Assembly: GCA_040954595.2 (NCBI GenBank)
Contig: CM082598.2
Location: forward strand, 4,851,097-4,915,096
DNA: 64,000 bases
Source: Balanoglossus misakiensis
Lineage: Eukaryota; Animalia; Hemichordata
Direction of reading: 5' to 3'
The stretch's first letter is position 1; each line of letters begins with the position of its first letter. Shown here one piece after another: positions 49,118 through 62,043 of this stretch. The position numbers were made by a program, and so were the translations under genes. The notes beneath the pieces were generated by a model that was not told the DNA's origin, did no database searches, and saw only the letters and a program-made list of their open reading frames with translations.

Positions 49118-50323
49118 ATGGATCGACCAGAACTACAATCGCTGTATTCACTGACGCAACTGGTGATCGACAACCTGGTTGAGGAAATGCTGTTGGATGG
49201 AATGAATTCGGCAGACGACGATTTCTACCTGTGGTACAGCGACGCCCTGCGCCGGAGCGTCCGGGTGTTGAGCATGGGACAGAAGACGGACAGAATCTCG
49301 TCGGAGATCCACGCGGCTCTGGAGGACTTGTCGACGGCGTATTCTGTCCAACAACGGAGGGAAAACCCGCTGAGTAACCTGTTTGTCAGCCCCGTCTACC
49401 GGTGCGCCTATGTGTACCGGCACTTCGTCTCCCATGCTTACCTGTTGAGGCAGTTTCTCCTGGAAGCCTACTGCACATGCATCTACTTCCGTGGGCAGAT
49501 GGATAGCTTTCTCGAACGGGAAGACTTTCGTTTATGCGCCATTGGTGGCGGGCCCGGTACGGACATCGTCGGGCTGATGATGTTCCTGAATGCCGAGTAC
49601 GACTCTCGCCTTTGTCCGAATTATCAACGGGTTCCCGGAACTGGGGTTATTCCTTGTAATTTTTATATGGGCGATGAGTCTTGTCTGTACCGAGGTGTTC
49701 ATCTAGTACCCACTGCCGCCGGCAATCTGCCCGTCATCTTTTGTCCGACGGTTCGCGGAAATGTAGGCCGTTGTGGTGTTCTCGGTAAGGCGGTGCGCCT
49801 TCACGTGGATGTTCTCGACAACTGCTGTGATTGGAAGCACACTGCGGACGAACTTTGTCGAACGTACAAATCGAGCATCGGGAGGCCTTCCTGCGATGTA
49901 CATCATGTGACGTATCATCATGCAAACTTCACCGATCCAGAATTCGTCGCTCAGAACTGGCCCCACGTGCAGAACGCCGACTTGGTTACCATAGTGAAAG
50001 TGGTCTCAGCGGTAGCCGGCTGCGGGGAGCGCCGCAAGAGGGCGCTACTGTCCCTGGAGAGTATCTTCACCAAAATGAAACCGGGCGCGCTGGTTTTCTA
50101 CCTGGACAACGCAGGGGGCGGTTACACGGAGCTGGTCGACACTGCTGCTGCAAAATGCGGCCTGCGAGTGTGGTATCGAACTGAACACAAAGAGTGTCGG
50201 ATCCCGCGTCCGGACGACACCGCTGGCTTGGAGTCGCATCGATCGCGATTCCAACAAGTGCCCCAGGGCCACGCATGCGTGACAGTCATAATTTGGTGGA
50301 AACCACATCTGATTTCCAAGTAA
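49118..50323 (+). CDS. Intronless SAM methyltransferase-like protein, paralog 4
   Basis: MDRPELQSLY..., LCAIGGGPGTD, ADLVTIVKVVSA, MKPGALVFYLDNAGGG and IIWWKP; TATAAG about 100 bp upstream. Confidence 0.88.
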   Translation: MDRPELQSLYSLTQLVIDNLVEEMLLDGMNSADDDFYLWYSDALRRSVRVLSMGQKTDRISSEIHAALEDLSTAYSVQQRRENPLSNLFVSPVYRCAYVYRHFVSHAYLLRQFLLEAYCTCIYFRGQMDSFLEREDFRLCAIGGGPGTDIVGLMMFLNAEYDSRLCPNYQRVPGTGVIPCNFYMGDESCLYRGVHLVPTAAGNLPVIFCPTVRGNVGRCGVLGKAVRLHVDVLDNCCDWKHTADELCRTYKSSIGRPSCDVHHVTYHHANFTDPEFVAQNWPHVQNADLVTIVKVVSAVAGCGERRKRALLSLESIFTKMKPGALVFYLDNAGGGYTELVDTAAAKCGLRVWYRTEHKECRIPRPDDTAGLESHRSRFQQVPQGHACVTVIIWWKPHLISK

Positions 50324-50495
50324 AGTGGACACACTATAAAAAGTAACAGACGCCATAATTTTCCGGATATTGTAGTTGTTCAACACAAAGTTTAACCAGA
50401 TCAGCTAATAATATTATTATAGTCAGGGAAAGAGACAGGTTGTTTTCTATATGCCCACTTGTTGGACTTTCCATGCGACTTGTCTAAAGGGACAC

Positions 50496-50618
50496 CAGTC
50501 TGATAGAAATCAGATGTAGGGAACGGCGACGTGGTTTTTTATATGCTGTCGCCTCACACTAGGCGAAAGCATAAAAAAAACACGTCGCCGTTCCGAACAT
50601 CTGATTTTAATCAGATTG
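50496..50618. mobile_element. Small hairpin MITE with 9-bp target duplication (Mutator-like)
   Basis: Inverted repeat CAGTCTGAT.GAAATCAGATGT.GGGAACGGCGACGTG...CACGTCGCCGTTCCGAACATCTGATTT.AATCAGATTG, flanked by AAGGGACAC at 50487-50495 and 50619-50627. Confidence 0.75.
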
Positions 50619-53600
50619 AAGGGACACCAGCTGTAACTTTTAGCTATTTTTTCTATATACCCAGCAATTTGCCCTTCTCAGTCATTTCATATTGGTAATG
50701 TTTTTTAAAACTCGAATGAGAAGCTTTTTTGAATCTGGGACCACACAGAGCGTAAAGGATGTGCTGTTGTCAAATAGCGCCATCCATAGGCGATTACGTC
50801 TTCTGTCTTTTGTTTTTGTTGTTGTAATAGAACACAGAATAGCGATATGCATACGTTGCGAACGAAGTCAACAATTGCATGAAAAGAAAACACATATCTA
50901 ATGCCGGGTGTATCCATGGCAATCAAAAACGATTCCAGAAATTTGCCTTTATCATCCGATGGAATAATCATAACCAACCTACATGTATAGTATTTCTGTA
51001 TATGTGTATGGTACTAGTAGGTTATGATGAATAATCTGTATTCAGAAGGTCAAATCCCCTCCCCGAAGAATTTGATTTCAGTAATATTGAAGAAGTAATT
51101 TGGAGGTGAAAGCAAGAAAATGTTAGCGATGTTATTGGACTTAATGCAACTGACCCCCCTCCACCCCATTCCACCACCGTCTGAGAGTTAGTTGCTGTAA
51201 AATAGCTAGCGCCATAGACACCTGAAGTCGCCCTCACGCGGTGAGTTTGTACGCGTGTCCATTTCTCTGTGTCCGTTACCATGTCTGTGTCCATTTCTAC
51301 AAAAAACCAAGGCGTGACGCGAATCCAGTATTGACTTTGAAAGTGATCCCCCGCAATGAAAGTGAATGTAGAAGCTATCAATCATTTGTGGCAGCTTCAC
51401 TTAGGCCTACACACTGTACGCTGCGGGCACGGGCATGTCACAGTGCCAAAAAAAATCTCACGTGGATCCATTATTAGTGACCGTGTATGGACGTGGGTCT
51501 GTCCGACAGACAAGCGAGGACACCGGCCGAACTGCACTTCTGTGACTGCCACTGAAAGGGACCCGTGTACACCCATTGTGCATTGGAAACACTTTCATTT
51601 CCTGAAGGTCTGCGATTGTGAAGTTTCTGACTGCACCGTGTACGTGCCATACCAGGTGAAGACACGCAGAGGTGTGAAATGTGTAATACCATGTACTGTA
51701 TACGTAGACAACAAACAGGCCGGAATAATAAAATATTTATCGAGTGATCCGACTGACATTACAATGTAAACCCCTTTGTCGCGTTTCTATTCAAGAGACC
51801 CTCCTTGTACCCTTCACTACACGAAAGTGTTTGGCCCCGTCGGCTTTGAACTGGCTCTGCTGGTATTGTGCGCATACCGAAGTCGTGTCTGTTATAACTG
51901 GAGTAGCTGAAACCCAAACAGATCAGAATACGAAGTAAACTTTCAGTGAGTGAGTGTTTAACTCCCCTCCCCCTCTATTCTGGTGTGGAATTTCCCCAGC
52001 TTCAAGAGGCTGGCTGTTTTGTAAACCCTGAGTTGAGTTGAGCTATGCGTGCATTAGTCGCTCATTACTTCCCGTAAGAAAGTTGTGCAAGGCGTGTCGG
52101 CGGCAGACAGGGAGCTTTTGAAACATCTGTCCAGTTGATAGCTCTCCCGGGCTCCGGGCGATTATACATTTCCAGTGGGTTGTGACACTCTCGCCCGGAT
52201 GAATTTCACTCCTCGCCGAAATTTGTTGTTTGGGTCCGACGTCTGACAATGAAAATCACGAACCAGCGCCACTCAACACTGTCCCCAGCGAAGTAATACT
52301 ATTTCCAGATGCGGCCCCTTTATCCGGGCGAAGTCACCATGAAATTACGTCACCCGGCCAGACTCCCTAAGCCACTGTGAAAAGTTCGCGCAGGTGTGAA
52401 AAGCATCGTTAGAAGGTGGACTAGGAAGCTATATATCACACGCGGTATTTTCATGCCAGTCGACAGACCGAGAAAAATTTATGTCCCAGTAGGACAGTCG
52501 GTACTTTGAATACAAAAGAAGCTGACAGATAGCCCCACCCAGACAAGAAGAGCAATTCGCAAAACACGTCACCCACCGCTCACCCGTGCTGGGAATTCGA
52601 TCTATGCCAATCGAAATCCAAATCTGTTCTTTACGTAAGCAGCTCAGTCGCCCCATCGCACATTCTGCGACGATTAGAACAAACAGCGATCTTTCCACTG
52701 TCCACCAAAGCAGAGACACTAACCAGACGACACACTTCACGCGCCAAATTTTGACATTTCAATCAGGCACCCTCGCTTTCAACATGTCGCCCCACCACAT
52801 ACTTTGTATCTACAACTCAATGAAGTGCGATTTATTATACCGAGACTTGTTGAACGCCAGAAAATCTCTGTATCGGTACAAGCTATTGAGGTCCCAAACA
52901 AAGCCCTCTTTTAAAGCTTGGCTCACTGTCTTTCCTTACACAACCCAATGCATGTTCGCGATTTCAAACAGTTCATTGTCTGTGTCACAGTTTCAAGGCT
53001 AAGCTTACAGTATAAGAAAAGAACACAGTATATTTTGTAGATAATGAATACTATACCTCAAGCAGCTGCCTATGGGTAGAGTAAAGAAACAACATTTCGC
53101 CCGAAGATGTATCTTCTTTGGGAAAATTTGAACAATACAATAATTGTGAATAAATAAAACTGATTGATTAATTATCTGGTTGGGCAATATTTTCAAGCGT
53201 TTACTTTCAAACTTTTAAGGGTTCCTGTCATTGAATGGGTTTACTGATGGGTATACACAAACATAATATCAACTTTTGATTGTAGTTGTACATTTAAAAT
53301 ACATGTAAACAGGTTAAGTAATAAATGGGTGCCACACCCTTTTATTCATCGGCCACTATAAGAGTATACAATTATAGTGATATGTGTTAGAATCTCTACA
53401 AGTTCAAAATGTGGTCATCTATTGACTTAGGGTAAGGAGAAGATTGAAATATGTTATCGATTAAAATCTGTGGCAGCTATTAGGGCTTTAAAAGGCTGAC
53501 AGAATACAGAGAGTAATGCATGTAAAACAAGAAGACATACAAAAAGTCAGAAATCGTTAAAAATAATCTGCTGTCCCACGAAAGAAAATAACATGTACAT

Positions 53601-56600
53601 GTACTATGTTAGTCTGGTTCTTTTCAATTAGCCGCTCACAACAGCTTTAGGAAAGGATCATCCTCCCTGACGCGGTGGATGTAGCGAGGAACAAAACCGC
53701 TTGTCAATCATACACAAGTGCCTTGTTCTGTCCTAAAGCTTGCTTTTCTATGCTAACGTAATTCCTTTTAGGAAGTTATTCTTATACCAGCGCTGGGGAT
53801 CCGCCTTGGTATGTCGATGGGACGGAGAGCTAGTGTCCCTGTGATTACCGTCGAGTCGCCCATACCACAGCGACTCCTGTGTAATTACCAAAACCCAATT
53901 GTTTGCATAAATCTGTTTCTTTCACAGTTTCCGCCCAGGAATGTGGTTTTAAATCCCTTCGACGTGTTTTCGAACATACTGTTGTCTACTTTGTGCTGGT
54001 AATTCCAAACATGGTCTCACTCCCTCCCCCTCCCTCCATCCATCACCCGCTCTCCCCCCTTTTCCCTCTCTCCATTGTAACCCAATTCCACTGACCGTAC
54101 CATCTCCAACATAACTTCAAACTTTCACCAAACTTTGTCTTGTTGGCAAAGTACTTGTTATATGAGTAAAATAATCTGGATGGTCAATTTCTCCCACTAT
54201 ATTAAGTAACTAGTATTTAAATCGTGCATATTGATGAGAAGGCAATGTATTGGTATACAACTTTCAACCGAGTCCATATACAAATATTATCAGTTGCTTT
54301 AAATTAAGGGTTTCTTGTAACCAAGTTGCCTATATGAACGAACAATGCGTTGTAGTTACACGTCGTTGTCATACCAGGCCCAGTGCTCCACCTTCAGTGC
54401 ATTCCGTGCTGCCCATACCTGTCAGCACATGACCAGTCCTCATCAAGCACTGTTGTATTTTGAAAATAAAACAAACAAGTCCTTCAAAGTCCTCACTCGA
54501 TTTGCGCCGCAAGAACTGAGGACAGCCGCATCGGATTGCTAAGTACACGCGGCGTTTGATTAACCTGTCCGGCCTTTGATTTATCACCGCCCCCGATGGG
54601 AAACGTAAACTACCGTATTACTGCCGAACACCTGGTGAAGTGTATCCACCGACATTCCAGGTGTCCTTAGCAAAACATGGCCACGTTTGCTTTGCGCGCC
54701 GTAAAGAAAACGCCCGATAATTACACACTGGGTCGTGGTATACTTCTAATAAAGGTGTGTCCTTTTTGACAAATATTTGGGTGTGTATCCTTTACCCTTG
54801 CATTTATATGTGTTGATAAAGCAATGACGATGATAATCAAATCGCCTTGTAATGTTTGTGTAGTACATGTACTGTATTCATCAAAACCCCGGATGGGACG
54901 GACAATGAACTTGGTGTTGTAGTAACACCGTGTGCTTTGAAATATGAACGGCCACCAGTTGTATAGAGACTGAGTAATCACCATTGGTTTTCACATATAC
55001 TGTGTCTATGTTTTTACAGTACTTTTCTTATACTTTTGCCTCGGTTTCTTGATCTGATTGTGCTATGTTGAAACTCGTGGTACCCATGTTTGTGGTTTTA
55101 TTGCACTGTGCATGGTCCTATCATTATGTTCAGACTCTAATCGCCCAATTATAGTGCGCCAGTATTGGGAAAGTCGTTTCTATCCTTTGCTCACTGATCC
55201 TCGCGACGTCGTGAGACTGACATCTTGAAGTGTTCTAGGTCTGTTAACACAAACGTATCGTATTGTGCAAAAGCCCGAGTTTCCTGAGATCTATGGGACT
55301 AAATTGTCATTGAAATTGTTAAGACGATTGGTACCAGCATACTAATTAGCATTGAGAGACAGCGTCCCACAGAGGATTGGAGGGGGGTATTAGAAAGGGG
55401 GACGCGCCACAATGGGGGGACAAGATGAAACAATACCCCCACTTATCCGGAGTTAAGTCGTGCCTTTACAAGACTTGATTACATGCACATGTAATCAACT
55501 TGTTTTGTTCGGTAACGGTGAAGTCATTACCGTTTCAAGTGTCCCATGCGTTAATGGGACACTTTTTGTCGTCTGCGTTTAAATGAGACTGCCACTTTTT
55601 GTCGTCTGCAGCAGAGTTGCCGCCAAGAAGTGTTAATGTGGTCGTTTATCACACGTGGTGATTGAGTGGGAGGGTGTGGGATTCAATTCACGCGGAGAAT
55701 GGGATACACTATATGTAATCTGTCTGAATATCAGAAACAATAATCGTTTCCAAAGTGGAAAACCCTCCTTTAAACAACTAAGTGTAAATCGATTGCATTC
55801 TGAGTCCTGAGTGTTCTTTCTGATGTACTCCCTATGGAACGCCGCGCATAAGTGCAAATACGTATAAGTCAGATCGGCCCAGACGGTCTTTGTGTTTCTC
55901 TGTTTTCCCGGAAAAAATCTGATGAAATCACGTCAGAGCGGATGAGACGTTTCCATGGTGATGGCTGTAATAATGCTCCTTGGGTCGATTTCACACGTCT
56001 AAAGAGGTTCCTAGGGACTTTGAAATGCGCGTCACTTGCTAGCTGAAGCACGTGATTATAATTATCTGTGATGAATTTTACTTGTTCCTGTCAGCTGTGA
56101 ATTTCTCTGAACACAGACAAAGAAAAACAACAACATGTTTTTGTCTGTATTTGGGTTTCTACGACTGACGATTACTTGGGGGTATTTTCTCATAACTACC
56201 GTACTTGTACAGTCTATGGGTTGGATACAAGGTAAAGAAAGGGCCACAGACAACCCCCCCCCCCCCTTTTTTTGCAATCCACTTTCAAGCGATTGCCATC
56301 GACGTCACGATTACGAGGAATCTCACTCAACCGTATCTCCTTACGTGACTCGGTACACAAACGCGTTCCATTCACCTGTCAAGCTCGCCCTTTGATTAAC
56401 CCCTTTCACCACCATGATACAGTCCAAATCTATTATTTTCTAGGGTAAAATTGGACATGCTCATTGGGAAAAGAGGGTGAACGTGTTAAAAGCACGAGAG
56501 CTGATATGCTGTTTCAAAGCAACTTACTTTTCAACTTACTTCCCAAAAGTTGCTGATTATAAATATGTTAACGTCAAGACATATACATACACATATCCAC

Positions 56601-56828
56601 ATATTATCACATATATATTATTTATTATCTAGAGTTGTCATTTCAATATAATATCCCTCCCAATCCGTACCATTAACTTTGGTTGTTTATTGTAACGTTG
56701 TTTATTCGTCGATATCTCATAGCAGAAATGATGTGTCGTTGCATATTATGAAGGGAGGGATGGACGGTGGATTTGTTGTTAGATTGGTGGACTGTAGAAT
56801 ATTATTTAAATCATTGGCTTTGTTGATT

Positions 56829-56829
56829 A

Positions 56830-56873
<44 letters not shown>
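56829..56873. repeat. (ATTG)n microsatellite
   Basis: Directly visible. Confidence 0.9.
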
Positions 56874-56874
<1 letters not shown>

Positions 56875-58192
56875 GGAAATGCGCGAACGAGAACTTGGGA
56901 GGGATAGAGGGGGCCCAGGAAACTGAGAGGGAGGGGGGAAAAAGAGAGGGGGAGGGATGGACTGTGTGTGAGAGAGAGTTAACAGATGATTGAGTTGCCC
57001 TGTATACAATCTGACCGCCTTTATTTCCATCTTTTCGTCATCTCAGGTAGCGTGACATGATCACATTGTGAGCCCGACACCTACAGGCGGATGCCTTTGT
57101 GTGCAGCCAATAGAGCCAACACGTTACACTGTCTTCATGTTAGTACCCACTCACTGAAGTCTCTACGCCAACGAATCGGGTGAGTAATCATGCAAATCCG
57201 GTACAAGAGGGTTGGCGGGACCGTCTCAACACACGGTATTGTTTGTGTATGTGTGCCAGTGTGAGTGTGTGAATACACACACACATACAGACACACATAT
57301 AATATTTACATAGACCAGCTTTTCAGGCTGTATGATATATACATGTAATATATATATTGTAGAGGTATATATATTATAATCAATTATATAATTGGTACAT
57401 ATCTATAAAAACGTCAGTCTTGACATTGACTGCAGGATTGTAAATTGTCATACGATAGAGCTACGAAAAACTGTTTTTGGTGACCCGATCTACCATAGTT
57501 AGTTAAAGCCCCTACCCCGAACTTTTTCTCCACTTAAAAAAGAAAATATCGCGAGACAACACGGGATTATGCAAAAAGTTGAAAATCAAGCGTAATATAT
57601 AATTTCAATTACGTCGCGCAATCCACCATCATCACTCCCTCACTAAAAAGTTTTAGAGACAACCCCTGGCCTTTGCGAGTGGCGAAAATAATGACCGGGC
57701 GATCGTGAAAGATGCCACGGTTCATTTGTACGCAGCTCGCCGCTAGAGTGCAGGTGATGGCGCGAACCCTCGTAAATTATCATCCAATGGACGGAGCTGA
57801 GACAACAGGTCTTTGGATGCGAGCCTGTGGCACCCACAACCCAGATGCCATCACGGTATACCACCAGGGTACATTGCATTGCAGCGTGTAGACAAAGTCG
57901 TTATCGTTTTCACATACAGCACGAAGTTGCGCGGAGGTTGTGACCCTAAGTACTATTTTGATGTCTTGCCAGATGTTAAGGCAATTCTTCCCAGTTGAAG
58001 TCAACATTCTCCTTGGACGAAAACAGAAAGGGGTCGGGATGTGATCCCCACTTCTTCCGACGGCTCAGAACACTTGAATAAACTCCACGACTCGGTCGGT
58101 GGTGACTTTGTTTTGAATAATTAAAACATAAACGAAATCACGTGGTTTTATATAAGATGTGAAAGACATGTTTACGTGATGGGGAATTACAC

Positions 58193-58364
<172 letters not shown>

Positions 58365-59961
58365 CAAACCAAGGATGCTGTAAAACTTGGCAAAGCAAAT
58401 TGACCTAGGGGGTTGGAAACCATATCTTTCATGCCAGGGACTTGACTTACAGACCCAGGATCAGGGTGTCCGCAATATTTCACGAAAACGCGTGTCTTCT
58501 GTCGCTTTGAGAACCCCATAATGTATTTCATTCCGTCTTGTTGACTGCTGGAAAAGATCGATGCTGGCACGTCTAGGATTACTAACACATGTTGGCGTTT
58601 AGTCTGCCCCCAACCTTGGATTACCGCAGTACGTGCTTATGCCGCGTTCGGCGAGGAAGGAGCCCGGGCAATTAATTTATATCTCCGCGCGTCTAACGGG
58701 GAGGTACTTCGCCCGCATTGCTGCGCCGGGGATAGAGTTACTTGTCGCCGTGTAAAACATCGAGGCTGGAATTGGGGTCAGCGTGTTGCTGTCGTATTTA
58801 ACAGAGGGTGTCAGTATACGTGGTGGTCAAACGTGTTGCCCTCGCCACGGCTCATTAGCTCGAAGAGTGGGAGTGTGCAGACACTGGAGAGATATCTAGC
58901 AATAACAGAAGACACACAGAATGATACATACATGTATAAAAAAGTGATGGAAGCTTTTGTGGTACACAAAATGTACAATATTTCATCACCACATATCTTT
59001 TCTTTCACGGGATCCCCATACCTCATGATCATGACAGTGTCTCTGAGATTTTCCCCATCAATTCCCCTTATCATCATCAATCAATCAATCTCACGCCCTC
59101 TCTCTTCCCCTTCCGTCAACTCCCTGAATACATGTACCACACTGACAGATTGAAATGGTTGATCCCCCCCCCCCTCTCGACATGGTTCCGGAAATTCGGT
59201 CAGGCTCCCGGTTTCAGAAGCAGAACAGCGTTCCAGATAAATCACGCTGGCTACGCTGTGAACCTGTGTCTGGTATCACAGTGCACTGTTGTTGTTGTTG
59301 TTGTTAAGGGCGGTACCCAGGTAAATGTTACCAGGGTTACCCAGCCATTACCCCGGGGGTTCCCTGTGTATATCAATGCAATCATATTATGGGCGTTCAT
59401 TTTTCCCAAACCATTTACCCAAATGTTATCAAAAACACTGTAGTGGTTTCCACACACCCTCCCTTCCCATACTAAATGACAACTCCCTGTCTATATCGAG
59501 TCCAGTATTTTGAATGTAAGACCGATCCTTACATGATTTGGCAAGCCTTTTGCTTAATTTCAGTAAAAAAATTCTTGAAAACAATAAAATACAACTGACG
59601 TAACATCAGCGCAAGCAGCAGTGAATGAAATATTTTCTGGGGAAAAAACTCTTGGGGCTATCATACTCAATAACGTTTATTTTTAAACGGGTGATCTGAT
59701 TCCGCTGTTTTATTTAGGTCTGGAGTGTTCATATCACCCGACATTGCTAGTTAGTATTCGATAAGCCCCGGGCTATCACGTGACGGGGGGTCAAAGTTCG
59801 TGATCATCATTGCGGATGTATTTAGTGAAATAGTATTCAGTAAGGATAATTTGAGATGTAACACCAGATACAAAGATGGTAGGATGTTAATAGGGCGAAC
59901 CAGATACGAACGAGAGCAAATTGAATAAATCTGTTTCATCAAATTTGCGAGTTCGTAATAC

Positions 59962-60137
59962 ATGTACCCTGCAGTAGTGTGTGTAGGATTTGACCCCTGA
60001 ATGGAATTAAATGAAGGGAATAATTGCCTTGGTCTGTCTTTGGCTGGGTGAGTGCAAAGAAACATCTGGAAATACTACGCCGCGATTTGAACCGCGGGCT
60101 TCCAGCATCGCACGCTGCAGACGTGCCAATGACTTCC
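59962..60137 (-). mobile_element. Possible tRNA-derived SINE
   Basis: The minus strand reads ...GGCACGTCTGCAGCGTGCGATGCTGGAAGCCCGCGGTTCAAATCGCGG..., with a B-box-like GGTTCAAATC (60084-60093). No second copy seen in the window. Confidence 0.35.
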
Positions 60138-62043
60138 ATACGACGAAAATACATTTCCCGGGCGAGGAATGTGAAGAAAAAACACCCCTTCTTTCCCTCG
60201 AACAATGGTCAGTCAGTCACAATTGCACGCTTCGTCGTCCGTTTGGGATTTGCAGAGAAGGGCTGTTCATTACGGGGGCTACCCTGGTGGCGCGGCGACG
60301 GATTTTTTTGTTCCGTCCGCGTCCGCGTCGGCGTCGCAGTCACCGACGCGAAGTCGCCCAGGGGGACCCGCGCTATAGCGCTGCTTCAAATATAGAGATT
60401 GCCAATTTAGGCCCACAAGAGCTATCACTCACCCGGCTAACACACTGCTCGTCAATTATTTAGAATAAATCTCCCACTTTCCACTGACAGTATTTTTCTC
60501 ACGTCGCTGAATAGATGAGAACGACCTCTGACCTCGGCCACATCAATTCAGACCTCGGGAACATATATGTCTTTATTTGAGGGTCTAGACTCCTGCTAAT
60601 CCATTGAAAACTGCGCCTCCTTTAACAAGAACCAAATAACAGAAAAATATCTACTGTATAATCATTGCCGATAACGTGAACTGTTCTGCGCGCAGATAGG
60701 AAAGTTAACTAATTGCTTACAGTATACTGTTTTTTACCCGCCCTAAAACAATTAAGAAGTCGTTTACGCATAGGTGATAATTGGAGCTCATTAACACCAA
60801 TTAACATCACTATATTCAGTTTTGAGTGGTGCTCAAGTGCCCACCGTCTACTGTTTGAGACATGTCGTTTGGTTTTGGCGTTAACTTTGCTCATTTTTAC
60901 GTAGTTGATGAATTTTGGTTGGTTTCTTTATTTTGGCGCGTCAACTATCAGCCAAGCTCTAATCTGGTTTTGTTTAGCATTCACAATACTTAATGTAAAT
61001 CTTCAATAGCGTGTACCAGAGAGCATTATCTGCCCTGTGTACACACTGTTTTCTTTTAATTTGGGGTACTTTTTTGGTTTCTGAATAAGTCTCAATAATC
61101 AATACAAGGGGACGAACAAAAGACCAGCTATTCTGACCAATAAAACGCTAGTATGTAGTTAGCCGCTGGCAATGGAGTGCATCGGGCAACTTTTCAAAAG
61201 GACCCCCTAACGCGCTGCGGGGATGTAAATGAGTCGCCGTATAAGTATTTTGACCAAACTGTCAGTTCGGTGTAGCTAGAGTTACTAAATAGACTCCGGG
61301 ACTGCCTGGTAGGTCAGAGGATTCTTTGTCCGGTTCGGGTGTATACCTGCTGCGCTTGTCAGTCACTGTGCGTGTTCAGATTGTTGGGGACGGTGAAGTG
61401 GTGTATTCGAGGGGGGTGTTCACACAATACCCGCAGCCCCCCGTGGCGAGCAGATCTGGAGAGACGGAACAACGCGACGAACGCATCCAGCATTTGTTGT
61501 TGAGTTGAGCCGCTTCAGGATTGAGGACGACCGAGTCTTCGTCGCGATACACAGTACAGGTTGGATTTTCAGAGAAGAGATGTTTTTCGAGTTGGTTGGA
61601 ATGTAGGCCCTGTCGTGAGAGACGGAGCACGGATACATTCAGGACTGATCAGCCCGGGTCTCTTTTGTGCTGTCTGTCTGAAAGGACGTCTTTATTTCTC
61701 ATGCCTTATCGTTTACATCGGAGCAACGGTAGCTGATCTTAATTGGCAACGGCGTTAACGTTTTTGTATGCTGCGGGCCCTTGTCCTTCGTTCACGGGGA
61801 GCGAAGCGCTGGGAACACGGCCAACGGGAACTTGAAAACGCGTGGCATCTGGCTTTGGGTGCGGAGTGTTTGTTTTACCTGCCCGGCTACCACGGAGCTC
61901 AAGGTATTGCGGATCATCGACGTGTTTGAATAATTTATCACGATGATTTATGCCCAGGTACTCAGCACGACGGACAATTACTATCGACTCACTACATTCT
62001 ACAGATAACGTCGCGTCGGAGAGAGAGAGGTGAGCCGCCGCGA

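Noticed and set aside
51356-51769. 137-aa Cys/His-containing ORF
   Set aside because: No recognisable domain, non-ATG start and no splice partners found.
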